From assembly GCA_977018835.1 (NCBI GenBank), contig OZ361261.1, positions 62,001 to 126,000 of the forward strand: a stretch of DNA of 64,000 nucleotides, written 5' to 3'. The notes beneath the pieces are model-generated. The model was given only the letters and a program-made list of their open reading frames with translations. It ran no database searches and was not told the origin of the DNA. Source of the stretch: Minutocellus sp. GHC0000111. Lineage: Eukaryota. The stretch's first letter is position 1, and each line of letters begins with the position of its first letter. The translations under genes were made by a program, and so were the position numbers. Below, one piece after another: positions 58,010 to 64,000 of this stretch.

Positions 58010-60009
58010 TTACGCCTCCTCCGGCACGGCATCAGCTATTCTCACAAGTTTATCTGCGAATTTTCGGACGGGGCCCAGAACTGCGGCATCCTTTTTTCCT
58101 CCGCTCTTTTTGCTGCCCAGCTCGGATTTGAGGTCCTGAGCAACCAAACCAATTTCCCTGAGGGCGTCCTCCAGCGCAACTACCCTCGCTTGGAGAGCAG
58201 CCGCCTCGGCAGTAGACATGTCGGCAGATCCTGCATCACCACCATCACGAGATCTTATACGCTCTTGCTTCTTTCGGAATGTTTCAAGGGTCTCAATGAT
58301 TGGCCCCATCTTTGCACTTGAATCCGCCGCCTTGGCCTCGGCGAGAGGGGTGAATCCAAAACCATTCTTGATATTGATGCTCTCGGGATAGGCCGCCAGT
58401 AGCTGCTCTACCACCGCCACCGAAGGTTTGCCATTGCCGTTTGCCTGGCAGGCATAGTGAATGGGAAGCTTCTGCGTATCATCAGGCGTCTGCGCAGCCC
58501 GGGGATAGACGCGGAGAAGGGCTCGGACGACCCCCTCCGATGCCGACTTGCGCGTCGCATGGTGCAGGGCCAACCGTCCCTGATTGTCCTTTGCCTGTGC
58601 CGCCTTTGGTGCCACCTTGAGCAAGGCCGATACGACCTTCTCGCTGGCGCCCTTGGAGCAGGCTTGGTGAAGCGGGAGCCGATTCTCGCTGTCTCGCACC
58701 ATGGCGCCCTTCGGGAACGCCGACAGGAGCGCCATCACCACCGCATAATCGGCCGCCTTCAGGCACGAGTACGCCAGGGGGATTCTGCCATCGTCGTCGA
58801 GGCATTGGGCTCCCTTTTCGTACGACCGGAGAAGGGCGCGGACGACCTCCTCCGAGGCTCCATAGAAACATGCGCAATGCAGGGCGCACCATCGGTCCTG
58901 GTCGGTACAGCGAGCTCCCTCCGGGTAGGCCTCGAGCAGCGCATCAACCACCCCGACCGGCGGAGACAGCATACAGGCCTTGTGGATGGGCAGGAATCTC
59001 AAATTGCCATTGAATCCCTTGGTCACGATCCACGTCGCCGCCTCTTGGGGGTGGGCGGCAGCCCGTTGAATCACCGCATTCCAATCCTTCTTGAGGATGA
59101 GGCGAAACAGTATCGTCCGATGTTCGTAATCCACCTCGCTCACACCGACGCCACCGGCAGCTGCCGCCGCCGATGGGCCCACCGTGGAATTGCTCCGTCA
59201 AGGCATCGTGATGGTGCTTGTTCGCGGCCACCGGCAAAAGCTGTTCCTGCTGGAACTTCTTGATGCCCGCCAGGACGGCCTCGCGATTTTGCGAGGTGGA
59301 CTGCTCGACGAAATGGAGGGGCGTCCGACCCTTGCGGTCCTTGACGTCCAGGCTGTCCGGGAAGGCGTGGAGGAGGGTCGTTACCACCCCCTTGGAGGCG
59401 CCGTTGCGGCAGGCCAGGTGGACCGGGAGCATCCCTTGGTCCTGCAATTGACAGCAGTGGATGGGCAGAGAAATAAGAAGGAATCAAAAGATGTTGAGAT
59501 GAAGAAAGCAACATATATGTCACATTACATGAAACATTGTCAGAACCACCAAACATCCAAGCCCAGCAAGCAACGAACAAAGCAATTCAACTCACGTCCT
59601 TCATCTGGGTCCCGTCGGGATACGCCTCAATGAGCGCCTCGATCAAACTCAACGGGCTGCGGAACACGCACGTGGCGTGGAGGGGCAGCAGCCTCCACCG
59701 GATCTGTCCCTGCCCATGCTGCTGTGCACCACCACCCCCGCCCCCCTTCTCCCGTCGACAAACCCACGTCGCCGCCTCCTCCGGACAGGACTGGGCCCGC
59801 ACGACGGCGGCATCCCACCGCTTGTTCTCGATGAGCTTGTAGAGCTGGGTGGGATGGCGGTCGTAGTCGCATTCCGGTTCGGCAAAGGTGTCGTTGTCGG
59901 TGGGTTTGATGGCGGAAGCGGAGGAATTGGTGGCCGCCGGACGGTTCTCGGATTGGACCGTGTCGTCAGCAGCGTCGGCATCGGCGCCAGCACCGAGCCA
60001 GGCGAACAT
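58010..60009 (-). CDS. Ankyrin-repeat protein (diatom LPLH..C type); 2 exons plus one frameshift
   Basis: Repeated LPLH.AC...VV.ALL..YP.GA...D units; intron 59442-59595; frame change between about 59180 and 59260. Confidence 0.85.
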
Positions 60010-60613
60010 GCTTGGGTGCGTTGTTTGCGCTTTGGAGGTTTAGGCGATATTTGATTTTGTTGCGACCAAGGAATTCAATGTGTAAATTGCCAATGCGGAG
60101 CTTGGCACGTAAGTCTGTCTCAAGTGCCTGCTCCTTCCGCTTTTTTTTTCTTCTTTCGGTGCCTCCCTTTCTATCTCTCTACCTTCGATCGAGGGTGGAG
60201 ACTCCACAAAGGTGATCAGCCGAAAGAGCCCAAGGCCAGAAGTACCCGTCGAATCCGTTCGACTGTTTGGTTTGACTGACTTTTTGATGAAAACGGACCG
60301 ATTCTTGCACGATCGATCGGCTCGATCTGCGGTTTGTTCCTCGCTCGCCTTCGACTGTTTCGCTTCCCGCCAAACGTTTCGTCGCTACTTTTATTTATTT
60401 ATTTTTCCTTGGGCTAGCTACTAGCTGCTTTTTCGGTTCGGCCAAAGAAAGTCAACACGAGATACTACGTAGTATGTGCCGCTTTTTGTTCTCTCGGGTA
60501 GATACAGTAGATACGCCCTCTATTCTGCTCCGTTGGGCACGGACGATACACACATGTATGTATGTACAATACGGAGCAGTTCTGCCTTCTCTTGTTGCCG
60601 CTTCACATACGTA

Positions 60614-61991
60614 CGAAGTCCGTTTCGCGAGAAATCGAGCGCAGGGTCGGGACCAAAACAGCGACTTTTTGGGCCCGCAACCGCCTGAATCTTAGATCTA
60701 CCGGCATTGAATACATGTACAATGCAAAGTACATGTATTGCAGCAGCTAGTATCCAGATCTACAATCCAATCTAGTATTATTAAACACAATATAACTTAA
60801 ATGCACCGCAGGACTAATTATCCATGGTTGGATCAGCAGGAGGAGGAGCGATAATTTTCCCATCTATCCGAACCATGCCATTTTCAGTCGGCCTGAAATC
60901 CTTTCGCACCCCAACATGAATGCCTTCACCGTTTCCAAGAAAATCATTGTTGCCTTTTGCAACGATTACCTTCTTTGCAATTCTATGAGCCTGGATGTAT
61001 GCCGATGCGATCTTCCAGTTTTCCAGCCCCATCCAAACTTCCTCCGCTGCATCCCAAGTCTGATCCTCTGTCAAAACCTTCAGCCCCTCCCGATCGCGGC
61101 ACACAACATTGTATGCTGCTTTGACATGCAAGGGAAAACAGACAGATCAAGAACATTCATATGGGGCATTTGCGGGGCCTGAGGTTCCCAACGCCATCCC
61201 TTGTCCCGACAGTATCCTTCCACATATTCCACAAATTCAGTCTCGGCATGGGGCCCAGCATTGTCGCCCTGGAAAATAGGGACATAGCCTTCAAACTTTC
61301 CGCCAGGTCCGACCAAAGCCTCAACATCCGGAAATATCTTGTTCTCAAACAAAGCTTTCAGTGGGAACTTGGGATTATCAAGGGTGCCATGGCTGCATCC
61401 AGTCACCGCGCAATCCACAAGGTATAGATCGTCTTTCTTCCGAACCACCGGGCCGCAATGTTTGATTCTACCATCTGCCTGCCGCACCGCCTCCCTTACC
61501 ATCTGCCTCGCAATTTTATGCGCCTGAGCCCGAAAAAGTCCAAGCTTGAACGCAATGCCGCCATTCTCAATGCTGTCAATAAAATCCAAGGCAGTGACAG
61601 CCACCACCATGCACTTGTTGATGTGATTCTGGTGATATGCCGAGAAGGACCGAGGATCAATACCCAATTCTGCAACTTGCTTGGCATACGATCGAAGAAC
61701 CAAGCCCCAAAACCACTTCTCATCGAACATAAAAAGGAGAAACTTGCCACCGCCGAGCCCCCAATTGTTTCGGAATTTCCGCGCAAATGCCAAATGTTTC
61801 TCCATCTGATGTGTAGTAAGGAGAGGGATGATCCTTTCGGCATAGTACCGGAACCCTTCCCGCGACATTATCCACCGCCGTATTGCCGAGTAGGAACACC
61901 AAAAGTTGACATCCACCTCCAGCTCCCGCCAAGATTCCCGAGGATTTCGTATCAGAGCATCAACAATAACATCTCGAATGTATGGCTGCAT
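60614..61991 (-). mobile_element. Second copy of mariner element A, inverted and lacking its 5' ~930 bp
   Basis: TA at 60612-13, then TIR cgaagtccgtttcgcgagaaatcgagcgc. The transposase is nearly identical to 33016-34196, with a 2-bp frameshift near 61103; identity ends abruptly at 61991. Confidence 0.93.
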
Positions 61992-64000
61992 CGATGCCAT
62001 CGACCAGGCTCTGGCCAAGTCGGCGTCGATGGTGGGGGGCACGACCTCGCCGAGAAGGTGCGAGGTGCACACTCCCAAAGTCGATAACGTTGATGGCAGA
62101 GACGCCGAGGTGTTCACCTTTGTCGATGTTGGGGATGATACGACCACAAATGTGGGAGGCGACGATGGCACCGAGGCCGATGATGCAGCCTTTTCCGTCG
62201 ATAGCGATGTGGAAGAGGATGTCAGCACCCGTGCCTCCGAGGACTACGACGACGAGGATGACGTCTTCAGTGACGACGATCTTGGTTCCGCCACCGAGGA
62301 TGAGCTTGATGATTCAACCCTCGATGAAGATCTATCCCTAACCGATGAGTTTGGAGAGTACTACGATGAGGATGAAGACAGCGACGCCGACGCCGATGCC
62401 GACGACAGGTACAACGTCCGCGAGGATGACGAGGGCTTCGAGATCACAGCATCGCCTCCCACTTCTCCTCTGTTCGTTCATGGCATCCTCCCATCGGGCC
62501 GACCACTGGTGTATGATCGCAAGCCCGGCGAACAAGTCATCCTCAGGGGTGTGCTTCCCAGCGGTCGCAAGATCGATATTCCCGAGGCCGAGGCCTACCT
62601 TCTCAGTGACCAGCTGAACTTCGACACGTACAGTCCTCGGTCGGCATCCGTCGCCAAGAGTCCCCGTGGTGCCAATGCCAACAAGGGCGGCCTTGCCGTC
62701 CTTCCCACCATTGCCGATGACGGCAAGAGCAAGACCATTGCGAGTCCCACCAACTTCCTCGGCCGTGGATTGGACCCCTATACCACCACCGAAGGTCAAG
62801 TCTACCGAGCTGCCGGTGGAAATCTCAATCTAGTCGCCGACGACAGCATGCTGGAAGAAACGCCGGTGATTGCCAATGGCAAGCATGTGATTCCATCACC
62901 CTCGGAAGACATTCTCAGCATGAGTTTTCCACTTGAGCTGGCCCAGGAAGACATGATGCCAGTTGAGAAGAAGGAGAAGGCCCGTGCGATCAAAGAGGCG
63001 CGGAGGGAGAAGAGCAAGAACGTCAAAAGTATCGATTCGTCCTCTGACGATACTGCAAATCTCGACGTGGATGACGCAGCCATCATGAAGACCTACCTGA
63101 AGCGGATGCAGCTATTTGATACAGCTCAGAGAATGGGCGAAGGCAGTGAACTTCCACAGTCACCGTCCGTTGCCTCATTGTTCGATGCCAAGGACCTAAA
63201 GATCGATAGAGTCGATGCAGTACTCTTGGAACCCAAGAAGGATCTGAGGGAAGTGATCAACACTATTGCGGGTACTGACAGCAGCTCTGCATCTGACGCG
63301 AGCCATCCAGCGGTAGAGAGCAGAGATGATAGTGCCGGCCGCCGAGGATCTGATCTTTCTGGTATTGATACGATGCCAACGGTGGCGACGGAGCTGGTAG
63401 CAAATCTGAAGCAGGCCACCGTCCGAAGAGAGAATGCCTGTGGCTTACTCTGTATGATGGTCCGGTCGTCGTCGGCCAAGTCAACTATTGGCCACACCCG
63501 AGGAGTCATCCCGGCTCTGTCGGCCGCCCTTGTCGACAAGAACGCTTCCACGGAGCAGAAGCACCGATGCCTCAATGCCCTGATCCTGCTCTCCCAGGAC
63601 TCCAAGGTCCGTTCCATTATGCTCCGATTCTCAGCACTGACAAATGCTCTGAAAGCATCCGCCATCGACGAAAGCCCGCAGGTCCGCCAATTAGTGTTTG
63701 TCCTTCTCATCAATCTCAACAAGGACAAGAGCAACCGCATCATTGTCTGCAAATTCTTTTTGGGACGAGCCACTCACATTATCGAGCTAGCGTCGGCCTT
63801 TGACGATGTGCTTCCCCATCGTGGACACCGTCGCAGCGGCTCAGAGCTTGTCACTGTTCTTTCCGACATGACAATGGATCGCTCTCTCGAGGACGATATC
63901 ATCAGTGCCAACGACACCACATATGATGCTGGGAATCTTCGCCCCGATGAATGCGACGAGGCAACAAAGGCCTCCAGTAATCACCAAGTTTATTTTCAGG
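61978..64000 (+). CDS. Acidic N-terminus plus Armadillo/HEAT-like repeat protein, fused directly to the truncated transposon; runs off the window
   Basis: Open + frame IDAIDQALAKSASM...RENACGLLCMM...GVIPALSAAL...HRCLNALILLS...VRQLVFVLLINL; absent from the ORF track because it has no stop in the window. Confidence 0.7.
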   Translation, partial: MYGCIDAIDQALAKSASMVGGTTSPRRCEVHTPKVDNVDGRDAEVFTFVDVGDDTTTNVGGDDGTEADDAAFSVDSDVEEDVSTRASEDYDDEDDVFSDDDLGSATEDELDDSTLDEDLSLTDEFGEYYDEDEDSDADADADDRYNVREDDEGFEITASPPTSPLFVHGILPSGRPLVYDRKPGEQVILRGVLPSGRKIDIPEAEAYLLSDQLNFDTYSPRSASVAKSPRGANANKGGLAVLPTIADDGKSKTIASPTNFLGRGLDPYTTTEGQVYRAAGGNLNLVADDSMLEETPVIANGKHVIPSPSEDILSMSFPLELAQEDMMPVEKKEKARAIKEARREKSKNVKSIDSSSDDTANLDVDDAAIMKTYLKRMQLFDTAQRMGEGSELPQSPSVASLFDAKDLKIDRVDAVLLEPKKDLREVINTIAGTDSSSASDASHPAVESRDDSAGRRGSDLSGIDTMPTVATELVANLKQATVRRENACGLLCMMVRSSSAKSTIGHTRGVIPALSAALVDKNASTEQKHRCLNALILLSQDSKVRSIMLRFSALTNALKASAIDESPQVRQLVFVLLINLNKDKSNRIIVCKFFLGRATHIIELASAFDDVLPHRGHRRSGSELVTVLSDMTMDRSLEDDIISANDTTYDAGNLRPDECDEATKASSNHQVYFQ

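Noticed and set aside
61080..62228. 382-aa ORF as an intact transposase
   Set aside because: Its N-terminal ~80 aa are antisense of the ARM-like gene, and its C-terminus is frameshifted.

Overview
Eukaryotic genomic DNA, almost certainly from a diatom: it has GT-AG introns, a fucoxanthin-chlorophyll a/c protein and diatom-type GQVxIRCxxC domains. There are about 21 host genes or gene remnants: JmjC-like, TMTC-like GT-C/TPR, DUSP12, an Skp1 remnant, HSP20, a GPI-type alkaline phosphatase, EXS, MgtE, NOX/ferric reductase, a vWA mucin-like protein, an LPMO-like protein, CRAL-TRIO, Lhcf, an alpha-CA-like protein, a STAND NTPase, an ankyrin protein and an ARM-like protein. A transposon nest occupies 20-34.4 kb and a further mariner copy lies at 60.6-62 kb. 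The most striking signal is a repeat-restricted erasure of TpA dinucleotides (TA to CA/TG). It shows as a 1047-bp run with no TA, Tyr-free transposase ORFs, and TpA-focused differences between two copies of one mariner, which suggests a RIP-like mutational genome-defence process running in the T:A to C:G direction. Also notable are mariner transposases with PHD-like and Tudor-like modules and second ORFs, a head-to-head gene pair in which a STAND NTPase carries a copy of its neighbour's domain, and a His1 LPMO-like gene with tandem Cys-rich modules. All calls were made by eye; no searches were run.
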